Origin: Chthonomonadaceae bacterium
GTDB taxonomy: Bacteria > Armatimonadota > Chthonomonadetes > Chthonomonadales > Chthonomonadaceae
Assembly: GCA_035650735.1 (NCBI GenBank)
Contig: DASRGZ010000215.1
Coordinates: forward strand, 1-64,000
Length of the DNA: 64,000 bases
Direction: 5' to 3'
Positions 9,162 through 18,676 of this stretch are shown one piece after another (position 1 is the stretch's first letter; every line of letters starts with the position of its first letter). The notes under the pieces were generated by a model, which did not search any database, was not told the origin of the DNA, and saw only the letters and a list, made by a program, of their open reading frames with translations. The translations under genes were made by a program, and so were the position numbers.

Positions 9162-10523
9162 CTATTCCTGCCTGCGGATCTCAGCCTGCGCGCGCCGATA
9201 GGAGCGCATTGAGAGCATCTGAAACGTTGCCCCCACCAGCATGATGCCCAGGCAGGTCAGGAAGGAATGCGTCCAATCTTTGCTCAGCGCCAGGAACAGC
9301 GGCATGGCCAGCAGCGGCGCCAGTGTGCCGCGCAGGCCAAAGAAGGTGGAGTGCAGCGCCTGATACTGGGCCGCGCGGCCCGGCTCGGCGAACATCAGCG
9401 TGGTATTGAGGTAGCCCAGGTCAATGCCGAAGCTGGCCGCGCCGCTGGCCGCCGCCGCCAGATAGAGCCAGGTCACATCGGGGGCAAACGCATAGATGAG
9501 CGGCGTCAGGCAGATGAGCAGGCTGGAGAGCAAAACCGCCGCCAGCGAGCCGTACCGATCCATATACCAGCCCCAGAAAAACAGGCTCACCAGCGAGAGT
9601 CCGCCCGCAATATTTTGCAGCGTGGCGATCTGGGTCGGCAGGATATGGAAGCGGTCTACCTGATAGATGGGATAGAAGGTGTTGGCGACCAGGTTACCGA
9701 AGCCGGCAATAAACACGCTGGCCGTGAACCAGCGGTAGCCCCGGTTATGGCGCAGTATGCCGAACGTCTCCCGCAGGAACGCCCCGACGGGCGGCGGCGC
9801 GGTGGCGTGCAGCACGGGCAGCAGCCGCAGGCGGCTAAATGCAAACGCCGTGCCGACGCCGAAGAGGCCGCCGAGAGCGAACATCCAGCGAAAATCCAGC
9901 CCGCCATGCTCCAGCCAGTAGCCCATGACGCGGGCCGTCAGCAGCATTGCGGCGACCATCCCCACGCGCACGTAGCTCATCAGCCGGCCCCGGTGCTCGT
10001 CCGGGTAGATCTCTTTCATTACGGCGGTATAGGCCGGCGTGGAGACGGAGAAGAGGATGGGCGTGGCGCAGATGAGCAGGATAAACATCTCCCGGCTGGC
10101 CGGCCCGCGCACCAGCAGCGGCGTCAGCAAAAACAGGCCGCGCGAGAGCACCCAGGTCAAGGTGACGAAGGGCAGCTTGGATCGGCCCTCCATCTGCCGC
10201 GCCCACAGGATCGCAAACAGGTAGCCGATGGCGGGGGCAGCGGTAGCCAGCCCCATCTGAAAGCCGGTGGCGTGCAGCTTGCCGCGCGCCAACTGCAAGG
10301 CAAACGTCCACACGCAGCCCTGGTAGATGCCGGAGCAGATTCCCGCCGCAGCATCCCAGCACCAGTTATGCCAGACCGCGTCGGGCACGAAGCGGCCTAG
10401 ATGGCGGCGCAGCAGGCCCAGGCGCAGCAGAACCGGCGGGGGCAGTCGGTCGCGCAGGGCCTCCAGCGGCGGCGCGCTGCGCGGCTTGATGGGCGGTGGC
10501 GGCGATGTTGTGGACACAGGCAT
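9162..10523 (-). CDS. MFS transporter
   Basis: ~12 TM helices; GWYMDRYG MFS motif A; start placed at MPVST, after the stop of the upstream gene. Confidence 0.85.
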   Translation of the reverse strand: MPVSTTSPPPPIKPRSAPPLEALRDRLPPPVLLRLGLLRRHLGRFVPDAVWHNWCWDAAAGICSGIYQGCVWTFALQLARGKLHATGFQMGLATAAPAIGYLFAILWARQMEGRSKLPFVTLTWVLSRGLFLLTPLLVRGPASREMFILLICATPILFSVSTPAYTAVMKEIYPDEHRGRLMSYVRVGMVAAMLLTARVMGYWLEHGGLDFRWMFALGGLFGVGTAFAFSRLRLLPVLHATAPPPVGAFLRETFGILRHNRGYRWFTASVFIAGFGNLVANTFYPIYQVDRFHILPTQIATLQNIAGGLSLVSLFFWGWYMDRYGSLAAVLLSSLLICLTPLIYAFAPDVTWLYLAAAASGAASFGIDLGYLNTTLMFAEPGRAAQYQALHSTFFGLRGTLAPLLAMPLFLALSKDWTHSFLTCLGIMLVGATFQMLSMRSYRRAQAEIRRQE

Positions 10524-10531
10524 ACAAAACC

Positions 10532-11419
10532 TCAAGCCGGAATATCCCGGCGCTGAAAGATGAGGGCGCCGAGGAGAAACACGGCCACAATATACAGGGC
10601 GACGTAGACGGCATCCAGGTGCGCGAAGTTCAGGTGATCGGCGCCCCACTGTCTCAAGAACAGAGGAGAGCTCCAGGTAAACCGCTGCGGCGGCGTCATA
10701 ATCACCTGCTCCGTCAGGCCCTCCACCCACCAGCCGACATAGCCCTGCGGCACGACCAGCCCGGCGAACCGCGCCAGAACGCGCAGGGAGTGGACATCGA
10801 ACGTGTTTCCGAGCGCATAGAAGATCCCGTCAAACCAGGCGAACGCGCCCAGGGTGAAGGCCAGCGATGTCCCGAACAGGCGCGGAGCGAAGGTTGACAG
10901 AGTCAGGGCCAGCGTCGAAACCAGCACGGGGAACAGGCACAGGTATACCCCCGCATCCAGCAGGGGCATCAAATCCCGGTGCGTCTGCCAGGAGAGCGAG
11001 GCCCAGACCATCGCCGTCCACACCAGCACGCTGCCGCAAAGAATGACGTTCAATCCGATCCATTTGCCGAGCAGCACCTGCCAGCGGGTGATCGGCTTGG
11101 GCAGGATGACCGCCAGCAGCCCGCGCTCGATCTCGCTGGATACGGCTCCTCCGGCCAGCAGGATCGCGAAGAGCGCGCTCAGGGATTTGATAGCCGACAG
11201 GCAGAACGTTGCGATGAAGCTGGTCGCCAGGGCATACTCTGTCGCAAACCAGGCCAGATCGCGGTGACGCACGACCATCGCATGCTGTAAACTGACGCGA
11301 ATGCGCAGCAGCAGCAGCGAGAGGCCCAGCACCAGCAGCCCCATCAGCAGCGCTCCCCAGAGCGTTCGCCGCCGCACCGCCTCCTTGAGCGTCAGCCCCG
11401 CAATCGTAAAAACTGCCAT
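10532..11419 (-). CDS. ABC transporter permease subunit (ABC-2 type)
   Basis: LTLKEAVRRR; EIERGLLAVILPKPITRWQVLLGKWIG; FQRRD C-terminus. Confidence 0.88.
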   Translation of the reverse strand: MAVFTIAGLTLKEAVRRRTLWGALLMGLLVLGLSLLLLRIRVSLQHAMVVRHRDLAWFATEYALATSFIATFCLSAIKSLSALFAILLAGGAVSSEIERGLLAVILPKPITRWQVLLGKWIGLNVILCGSVLVWTAMVWASLSWQTHRDLMPLLDAGVYLCLFPVLVSTLALTLSTFAPRLFGTSLAFTLGAFAWFDGIFYALGNTFDVHSLRVLARFAGLVVPQGYVGWWVEGLTEQVIMTPPQRFTWSSPLFLRQWGADHLNFAHLDAVYVALYIVAVFLLGALIFQRRDIPA

Positions 11420-11654
11420 TGCCGTCTGTCTTCCTTCCCTGCCGGGGACGCCGTTCGCCTGGCTTGCCTTCCGACGGCCCTTATTGTACGGCTTTTGCAG
11501 GCGCGGCGTCAACGTCTGGCCGGTAGCCAGACGCGAAAAAGCAGGAATTGGCGAGCAAAAAGCGAACATTGGCTATGTCTCGATGCAGACGGCTTCCCTG
11601 CCACCGACCGCGTTGCTTGCAGGAAGCCTCATTTAGAGCGAACAGGAGACAGGC

Positions 11655-12947
11655 ATGAAACGAATGGCTCTTTTTGCCGCAATCGCTGCGGTCGGACTCT
11701 GGGGACTTTCCGGCTGCGCCCGCCCTCAGCCCGTCACGATGGCCCCGCCCGTCGGCGGCGGGATAGCGCAGGGACAGGTTCCGATGGCCCCGCCCCCAAA
11801 CGCGGGCGTCTATTCCTGGCTGGATGTGCCGCAGGGCCAGCAGGTTCCCGTGCAGCGCGTCGTCTTCGACCAGGGCGGCTACCAGATCTACGCGGCCACC
11901 GGCGAAACCATCGTCGTGCCGTTTGCTAACCAGAACCTCTACGTCATGAAATTCGGGCGCACCTACGGCTCGACCATGTACTTTGTCAACGAGGGGGATG
12001 CGCCCGTTCTCTACTTGCGCCCCGGCGACTTCCTGGAGAACGCGGCGGCCCAGGGCGCTCGCTGGTACCCCATCCCGGACAACTACCCGTATACGCGCCC
12101 GATGTACGTCAGCCTGGCCCCCACCTGGGGAGATTACGTGGCGATGGGCTGGTATCCCGGCATGGTCACCTACGGCGGCATGTGGAGCTATCGCCCGTTT
12201 GCGGCCTCCTTTGTCTGGATGCCCGGCTTCAGCATCAATATCGGCGGAACACGCTACCCCAATTACGTCAGCTATCGGACGTATTACACCTCGCACCCCG
12301 GCTATATCCGCAACCGTGTCGTCTATAACAACTACACGACGACACGCACCGGCTCGTTCGGCGCAGGCCGCATGAGCCGCCAGACCGGCTCCTTTCACCC
12401 GAATCGCGGCTTTGGCACAGGCGGGACCTTCGGCGCGACGGGCTTGACCGGATCGTTCGGAATGGGACGCCGCAACGCCACCTTTGGCGGCGGCAGCACA
12501 TTCGGAACCCGGCGTTTTGGCGGCAGCGCTTCCGGTAGTTTCGGCGGCTCCTTCCGCAGTACAAGCCCCCCTTCCAGCAGTTCCTTTGGCGGGACACGCT
12601 CCTTTGGTGGCGGCGGTTCCTTCGGCGGCTCCTCTGGTGGCGGCAGACGCTCGTTTGGAGGCTCCTTCGGCTCTGGAAGCAGCACAGGCAGCAGCTTCGG
12701 CAGCTCGTCCGGTTCCGGCAGTTCGTTTGGCGGAGGGCGCAGTTCCTTTGGCGGCAGCACTTTCGGCGGCACTTCCGGCGGACGCCGTTTTGGCAGCGGC
12801 GGCTTGTTCGGCGGCGGGCGCTCCTCCGCAAGCGGCGGCTCCTTTGGGGGGACGCGCTCCTATGGCGGGGGCGGCGGTTCCTTCGGCGGCGGTTCCTTTG
12901 GTGGAAGGCGCTCGTTTGGAGGCTCCTTCGGCGGGCGCCGCCGTTAA
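11655..12947 (+). CDS. Lipoprotein with long Gly/Ser FG-repeat C-terminal tail
   Basis: Lipobox LSGC; Tyr-rich folded region; ~200 aa tail with about 24 FG dipeptides; AGGAG SD. Confidence 0.85.
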   Translation: MKRMALFAAIAAVGLWGLSGCARPQPVTMAPPVGGGIAQGQVPMAPPPNAGVYSWLDVPQGQQVPVQRVVFDQGGYQIYAATGETIVVPFANQNLYVMKFGRTYGSTMYFVNEGDAPVLYLRPGDFLENAAAQGARWYPIPDNYPYTRPMYVSLAPTWGDYVAMGWYPGMVTYGGMWSYRPFAASFVWMPGFSINIGGTRYPNYVSYRTYYTSHPGYIRNRVVYNNYTTTRTGSFGAGRMSRQTGSFHPNRGFGTGGTFGATGLTGSFGMGRRNATFGGGSTFGTRRFGGSASGSFGGSFRSTSPPSSSSFGGTRSFGGGGSFGGSSGGGRRSFGGSFGSGSSTGSSFGSSSGSGSSFGGGRSSFGGSTFGGTSGGRRFGSGGLFGGGRSSASGGSFGGTRSYGGGGGSFGGGSFGGRRSFGGSFGGRRR

Positions 12948-12992
12948 ATCGGCTGGCCCGCCTTCCTTCTGAGGAAAGGACTCACGCACTCC

Positions 12993-14525
12993 ATGTCATC
13001 CTCCCCTGCCCAGCCGTCGCATCCCTTTGGGGACAGCCGCTGGCCTGTCTTGCTGATACTATTGCTGGTCATTGCGGGCGGCATCGTGGCCTACCGCTAC
13101 TTCTTCAACCGTCTAGGCGAGGCTGCCGTCCAGATGATACCCGGCGACGCCATGCGGGTCGTGACACTGGACACGAACGCCTCGCCGCAGCAGGTGCTCG
13201 TCTTTAGACGGATCGACGACGCCTTCAAGCGCGAGAAGGTAGATACCGGCTTTGACGACATGGTGACGAGCATGATGCAGAACTCGCCCGTCGCCAAAGA
13301 GATTCGTCCCCTCTGCGCCAAAAGCTTTGCCTTCGCCGCGCTGAATACCGGCGGGCCGGGCAGCGGCCCGGACTTCGTGCTATTCTGTGCCCTGAAAGAT
13401 CCCGGAAAAGCTGCTAACGTCCTGGCGAAATACGGGCAGAAGAGCACCCAGGACGGCCTGGACTACTATCAGCTTAAAAAGGAGAACTCCTGCGCCGCGA
13501 TACTCTCCAACTACCTGGTCGTCTCGCAGAAGCCGGGAGCGCTGACCCGAGTCGAGCAGGTACGGAAAGGCGAAGCGAAGCCGGTCGTGTCGCTGCCGGA
13601 GTATCAGCAGGCCCGCGCCGCGCTGCCCGCCGACGCCAACCTGATGGTCTTCGTCTCGCCGAGGGCGCTCTCCAAAATGCAGGAGGCCGGCAAGTCGCGG
13701 GGCGTCAACCCGCTTCCAAACACGCGCTGGATGGCGGTGGGCGCGGCAGTGCATGACAAGGGATTGGATGCAGTCTATCGTGTTCCGCTGCCCTCCGGAC
13801 AGGCGGCTGGCTGCCACAGGCTGGAATGCCCTCCACCGACCAGAGTCATGCTGTAGGCAAAGCCTTGAAACATGCCACCAAGCAACTCGACTCGGAAAAC
13901 GAGAGGCTGGACCGGGCGAAACGGGCCATGGAGCGCTTTAAGCGCAAAAAGCACGTCTCCGATATTACTATGAGCGCGCCAGAGGCAGGAATGGTGCTAA
14001 GCGGTCCCGCTCCGCAACCCAAACCGCCGATAGAAAAGTGGGCCAAAAAGAAAGTCGGTAGTTTACGCCCAGGTCGGCCAGGCCGTTCTGCTGGCCTCTT
14101 CGCAGAAGAGGCTGGACCGCGCGCTGGCGGCCTACAATCGCGGCGCAAACTCCCTGGCCGACGACCCGGCCTATGCGCAGATGCGCGCCATGCTCCCTCA
14201 GGGCGCGCAGGACGTGCTGCTGGTCAACCTGCCCGGCATCATGAATGCGCTGCGGCCTACTCTGGCGCGCTCGATGGGCAAGCCGTCCGGCTCTTCCTCC
14301 GTCTCCGTAGACGATATCGTGCAGATGTTTGGCCCGACCAACGGCGGCATCGCCGGCACCCAGAAATGCGATGGCCAGGAGATGACCCTGACCTTCTTCC
14401 TGCCTATAGACTATGACCGGCTTATCCATGTCATCGGCCAAATGACCGGCCAATCCGCCAACGGCCCATCGCGCGGCGGCAGCCCGAACGCCATGCCCAC
14501 AGCAGGCGGCGGCAATCTGCCCTAG
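12993..14525 (+). pseudogene. Membrane-anchored DUF3352-like protein interrupted by a foreign segment
   Basis: ORFs 12993-13856 and 14181-14525 share a frame; host-like coding resumes near 14052 (KSVVYAQVGQAVLLASS); internal repeat YQQARAALP / YAQMRAMLP; stops lie only within ~13790-14050. Confidence 0.7.
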
Positions 14526-14562
14526 CGCAAGCACTTCTATCTAAAGAAAGGGAACAGCAGCC

Positions 14563-15009
14563 ATGAATAATGTGGTATTCAGTACCGGAGGCGATTGGGA
14601 TACTACCACGCTCTACAATAACGGCGAAGAAGTCCTGGCGACCCAGCTTTTCGTGGAATTGCATGCGGGTCGGAATGAGTTCGGCGAGCCGGCCATGGGC
14701 GGCATCAACACCGGCGGCGAAATTACCGCCATCATTCGCCCGCAATATAATCCTAATGAAGAGATCGGTATTTTCCCCGGACGGCTGGAGATGAATTTTC
14801 CCGGCCACTCCATTGTCATAGAGAACACGCACCCTGGTTTCGCGTTTGAGTTTACCCGCGTGTGGTACAATGGCCGGGATGTCACAAATAACGTCATGGA
14901 TGTGTACGTAGACATTAACGCGGCGGATAACATCGTCAAAGCCTATATCACGCTCTATAGGCCCCACTGGCTTTCCGCAGACGAAGTGGCTACGTACAAC
15001 ATCCTGTGA
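14563..15009 (+). CDS. Hypothetical beta-rich protein, family X copy A (148 aa)
   Basis: AAGGGA SD; internal duplication TTLYNNGEEV / TRVWYNGRDV; no signal peptide. Confidence 0.8.
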   Translation: MNNVVFSTGGDWDTTTLYNNGEEVLATQLFVELHAGRNEFGEPAMGGINTGGEITAIIRPQYNPNEEIGIFPGRLEMNFPGHSIVIENTHPGFAFEFTRVWYNGRDVTNNVMDVYVDINAADNIVKAYITLYRPHWLSADEVATYNIL

Positions 15010-15081
15010 GTCGCACCTCGCTTCCCGTTCCTTCTTGCAGAGGAACGCGACCCTGCGCATGCGCTTGAGGATTAACGTAAC

Positions 15082-15780
15082 ATGAAACCGTGTGTCAATT
15101 CCTGGCTGCCTCGTCTGGCCCGGCTTGTCCTCGTGGGCCTACTGGCCGCGCTGCTGGCGATGAACATCGACTCCGCCTACGCCCAGCGCGGCAGATTTGG
15201 CGGGGGCTCATTTGGCGGCGGGCGCTCTTTCGGGGGCGGTTCGTTCGGAGGGGGCGGCAGTTTTGGGGGCGGTCGTTCCTTTGGCGGGGGCGGCTCCTTC
15301 GGTGGCGGCTCCTTTGGAGGCGGACGCTCCTCCGGCGGCTCGTTTGGCGGCACGCGCTCCTATGGGGGAGGCGGCTCCTTTGGCGGCGGCAGCTTGTTCG
15401 GCAGGAGCCGCTCCAGTGGCTCCTTTGGCGGAAACCGCTCGTTTGGCGGCTCCTTTGGACGCAGCGGCTCGTTTGGCTCCTCCGGCGGCTATACGCGCTC
15501 TTCAAACACGTATACCTACCGGGGCATCACCGCGCCCGTCCGCTCTTACGGGGGCATCAACCACTTCAGCTTTTACTGGACTCCCGCCCCGCCCTGGTAC
15601 TATTGGACGCCGTTCCATCCCGCGTTCTACTTCTATCCGCCCGTCTACGACGGCGGGTATTGGTACCCGGGCGGCTTCAACTGGGGCCATTTCTTCATTG
15701 GCCTGATCGTCTTCGCCTTTGTGCTGTGGCTGATCAGCCGCCTCTTCCGACCCAAATACGTGCGCTACACGAGCTACTGA
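15082..15780 (+). CDS. Exported FG-repeat membrane protein
   Basis: Signal peptide (AYA-Q); about 15 FG in (SFGG)n; Tyr/Trp/Pro-rich segment; C-terminal TM helix; GAGG SD. Confidence 0.85.
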   Translation: MKPCVNSWLPRLARLVLVGLLAALLAMNIDSAYAQRGRFGGGSFGGGRSFGGGSFGGGGSFGGGRSFGGGGSFGGGSFGGGRSSGGSFGGTRSYGGGGSFGGGSLFGRSRSSGSFGGNRSFGGSFGRSGSFGSSGGYTRSSNTYTYRGITAPVRSYGGINHFSFYWTPAPPWYYWTPFHPAFYFYPPVYDGGYWYPGGFNWGHFFIGLIVFAFVLWLISRLFRPKYVRYTSY

Positions 15781-15879
15781 GCTTTGCCGGCCCGCAAGTA
15801 CCGATCTGGGGGCGGCAAGCCCACTCGTTTACGGGTGGGCGGCTACTCTCTTTGAACAGGGAACGAGAAAGGAGCCGCC

Positions 15880-16398
15880 GTGTTCGGCAGACATCCGCAG
15901 AGTCCGAACGGCTCTGCCCCACCTTACCGTGCGGCCCATGAGGTCGCTAAAATCCAGGGCGGCGGACTGGTGCAGGTCATCGTCACCAGCCTCACCCCGA
16001 TGACCTATTACCTGTTCCTTAACGACCAGGCCGTCTCGCAGATGGATATCGAGAGCCTGTCCGTCTCCATTGAAGCGCCAGAGGGAACGGGCAACGGAAT
16101 CGTGCGCGCCACGCTCTCGCGCTACGTCGGTACCGTCACCGGCCAGAAGACCCTCCAGCGCACGGAGTTGTTTCCCTGCACCCTGGAGATCGTGGCGCTG
16201 GGACGGCGTATCTCCGTTACCTGCATGCGCCCCGACTCCCTGGAGGGCTGCTGGATCAGCCTGGGCCTCGCGCCCGACGGCACCGGCTCCGACATCACCG
16301 GGGCCAAAGCCCTGCGATTCCTGTTGACCGAAGGCATCCTGGATGCGAAGCTAACCTGGGAAGACGGTCAAACCGAAGACCTCCTGCCCCAAACGTAG
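15880..16398 (+). CDS. Hypothetical beta-rich protein, family X copy B (172 aa)
   Basis: AAAGGAG SD plus GTG; motif similarity to 14563-15009. Confidence 0.75.
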   Translation: MFGRHPQSPNGSAPPYRAAHEVAKIQGGGLVQVIVTSLTPMTYYLFLNDQAVSQMDIESLSVSIEAPEGTGNGIVRATLSRYVGTVTGQKTLQRTELFPCTLEIVALGRRISVTCMRPDSLEGCWISLGLAPDGTGSDITGAKALRFLLTEGILDAKLTWEDGQTEDLLPQT

Positions 16399-16610
16399 AG
16401 GCTGTGACAGAGAATAGGGGATAGGGTTTAGGCCCTTCTACCACAGACGTAGAGGCTGTGATATAATAGCGATAGAAGTCACAAATGGGTGTGGACGGGC
16501 CCTTGCTGGCCCTGGTTGGGAGTGTTTGTCGTCCCCGGTTCCGAGTTGCCAACGGCCCTTGTCGAGCCGTTGCGCCTATCGAGCCGTGGGAGAAAGGCGA
16601 TGCACTGGCA

Positions 16611-17909
16611 ATGATGTCCTGCAAACTATCCGGTTCACGGTCGACCCATAGAGCGCGAAAGACAACTCGGCAACGGGTGCGCTCCCTGGGATGGCCCCTG
16701 GCCCTGGCTCTGGTTCTGGCCGCAGGCGCGCTCGTTGGGCCGCGCCCTGCCTGCGCCGATCAGGGGACAAGCGCCGGCAAAACGACGGATGCTAAGGACA
16801 AAACCGCCGCGCCCGTCCTCACCGAAGACCCGGAAGTCCGGCTGGGCCGCGAAAGTGCGGAAGAGAACGATAAACAGGTCAAATTTGTCACCGATGCGGC
16901 CCTGGTTGAGCGCGTCAACCGTATCGGGCAGGAGATCGCCGCCGTCGCCAACAAAGAGGCCATTCCGGCGCTCTGGGGCGACTCCAAGCTCAAGAAGTTC
17001 AACTACACCTTTAAGATCGTAGATGATAAGGATGTCAACGCCTATTCCCTGCCCGGCGGATTCATCTACGTTGACAAAGGCTTGCTGGACTTCGCCCACT
17101 CGGACGATGAGCTGGCCGGCGTTCTGGCCCACGAGATCGCCCACGCCGCCCACCATCACATGCTCAAGCTCCTCCGCGAGCAGAACAAGATTGATCGTGT
17201 GCTGCTGCCGCTTAAGCTGATCACTCTGGCCGTCGTGCTTGGCGCCCGGGGCAACGCCAACGACGCGCAGGGCATTATGCTCGGCTCTCAACTCTATACC
17301 ATCGCCAAAATCAACACCTACGGCATTGAGGCCGAAAAGGACGCCGACCAGACGGGGATTCGCCTGCTGACGCACACGCGCTACAATCCGGTCGGGCTCT
17401 ATAGCTTCATGCTGCGCCTGGCGGTGCGAGAACAGCAGCGCGGCCCGGTCGAGCTGGGCATCTTCCGCACGCACCCGCCCGGCCCCGAGCGCGCCGAAGC
17501 CGCAAAAAAGCTCCTGGAAGAGTTGAATATCCCAATTCACCTCAGCGAGGTCGATCCCAGGCTCAGGCCGACCGTCACCCTGACCAAAGACGCCAAAAGC
17601 GGCGCGGAACTGGCCGAGATACGGATACGCGATATCGTGCTCTGCCGTGTGGCTGCCGCCGACGGACTGAGCGCCCAGGAGCGGGGCGAGCGCATCGCAA
17701 CACGCCTCAACAGCCTGGTGGATGCCAACCTCCAGCCGTTTGAGATCAAGACCAGCCCGGACCAGACTCGCGTTCTGGCGCGCGGCTTCACCATCCTGAC
17801 CCAGGACGACGCTGCTGCCCAGCAGAAAACCGTTCCAGCATTGGCCCGCGAGTTTACCGACGCGATGTCTCAGTATCTCCTCAAACAGCAGTTGGAGTCC
17901 GGAATCTAG
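16611..17909 (+). CDS. M48 family zinc metallopeptidase (exported)
   Basis: NAYSLPGG, DELAGVLAHEIAH, EKDAD, THPP; start uncertain (16485 or 16611). Confidence 0.9.
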   Translation: MMSCKLSGSRSTHRARKTTRQRVRSLGWPLALALVLAAGALVGPRPACADQGTSAGKTTDAKDKTAAPVLTEDPEVRLGRESAEENDKQVKFVTDAALVERVNRIGQEIAAVANKEAIPALWGDSKLKKFNYTFKIVDDKDVNAYSLPGGFIYVDKGLLDFAHSDDELAGVLAHEIAHAAHHHMLKLLREQNKIDRVLLPLKLITLAVVLGARGNANDAQGIMLGSQLYTIAKINTYGIEAEKDADQTGIRLLTHTRYNPVGLYSFMLRLAVREQQRGPVELGIFRTHPPGPERAEAAKKLLEELNIPIHLSEVDPRLRPTVTLTKDAKSGAELAEIRIRDIVLCRVAAADGLSAQERGERIATRLNSLVDANLQPFEIKTSPDQTRVLARGFTILTQDDAAAQQKTVPALAREFTDAMSQYLLKQQLESGI

Positions 17910-17958
17910 CAGGGCGGCCAGACCCCGGGCTGTTCCGTTCTTGCCCTCATTCCAGAAG

Positions 17959-18186
17959 CCCTCACCCCTCCCCCTCTCCCGCAGCGTCGGGAGAGGGGAG
18001 AGACCTCACCCCGGCCTGCGGCCACCCCTCTCCTTCGCAAGGAGAGGGGAGAGGTAGAGTTGGCTTCTGCTCCCCTTCTCCCTGCAAGGGAGAAGGGACG
18101 GGGATGAGGGTAGAAGGGAGAATGGAAGAACCCGGGAGTAAGAGAGGCTCCCCTCTCCTTGTGAAGGAGAGGGGCCGGGGGTGAAG
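17959..18186. repeat. Cluster of CCCTCACCCC/CCCTCTCCC palindromic REPs
   Basis: Four hairpins of the form CCCCTCTCC-loop-GGAGAGGGG. Confidence 0.85.
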
Positions 18187-18229
18187 TCTATCTAGACTCC
18201 AACCCGGCAAGAAAATGGCATCGTTGCGG

Positions 18230-18258
18230 TTGAAAAGGAACGCAGAATCGTATATAAT
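18230..18258 (+). promoter_or_regulatory. Sigma70 promoter of rpmE
   Basis: TTGAAA-N17-TATAAT. Confidence 0.8.
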
Positions 18259-18290
18259 ATACTGATAGCAGTAAGGAAAGCGAGGAGAGC

Positions 18291-18497
18291 ATGAAGCAGG
18301 GAATCCATCCAGAATATAAGACCGCGCGCGTCGTGTGCCAGTGTGGCAACACGTTTGAGACCCGCTCCACGCGCGATATGATCCGCGTCGAAATCTGCTC
18401 GCAGTGTCATCCGTTCTACACGGGCAAGCAGAAGATCGTGGACACCGAGGGGCGTGTCGAGAAGTTCCTCCAGAAGTACAAGATGAAGCAGAAATAG
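18291..18497 (+). CDS. rpmE: 50S ribosomal protein L31 (Zn-binding type)
   Basis: [37 protein letters not shown]. Confidence 0.97.
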   Translation: MKQGIHPEYKTARVVCQCGNTFETRSTRDMIRVEICSQCHPFYTGKQKIVDTEGRVEKFLQKYKMKQK

Positions 18498-18676
18498 CGG
18501 GGGCTGCCCTCGCGCTGCGCCCCTCCGCAACGGAGTAGCGCAAGAAAGCAACGGGCGCTTCGGTGCTGCCTTCCGGTTTCTGGGCGCGTTTCCTTGCCGC
18601 CGGTCATTCAAGACCTTGTATGCAGGAAGGAGACGCGCCCTTCGTATAACTGCTGCCTTCGACCTGAGGAGAAAAC

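Noticed and set aside
11481..12989. 502 aa Ala-rich minus-strand ORF and other frames over the FG genes
   Set aside because: Stop-free shadows of GC-rich Gly repeats; no SD or family motif
13790..14052. Invertible segment restoring the interrupted gene
   Set aside because: Two reverse frames contain stops, the third does not resemble the host protein, and there are no flanking inverted repeats
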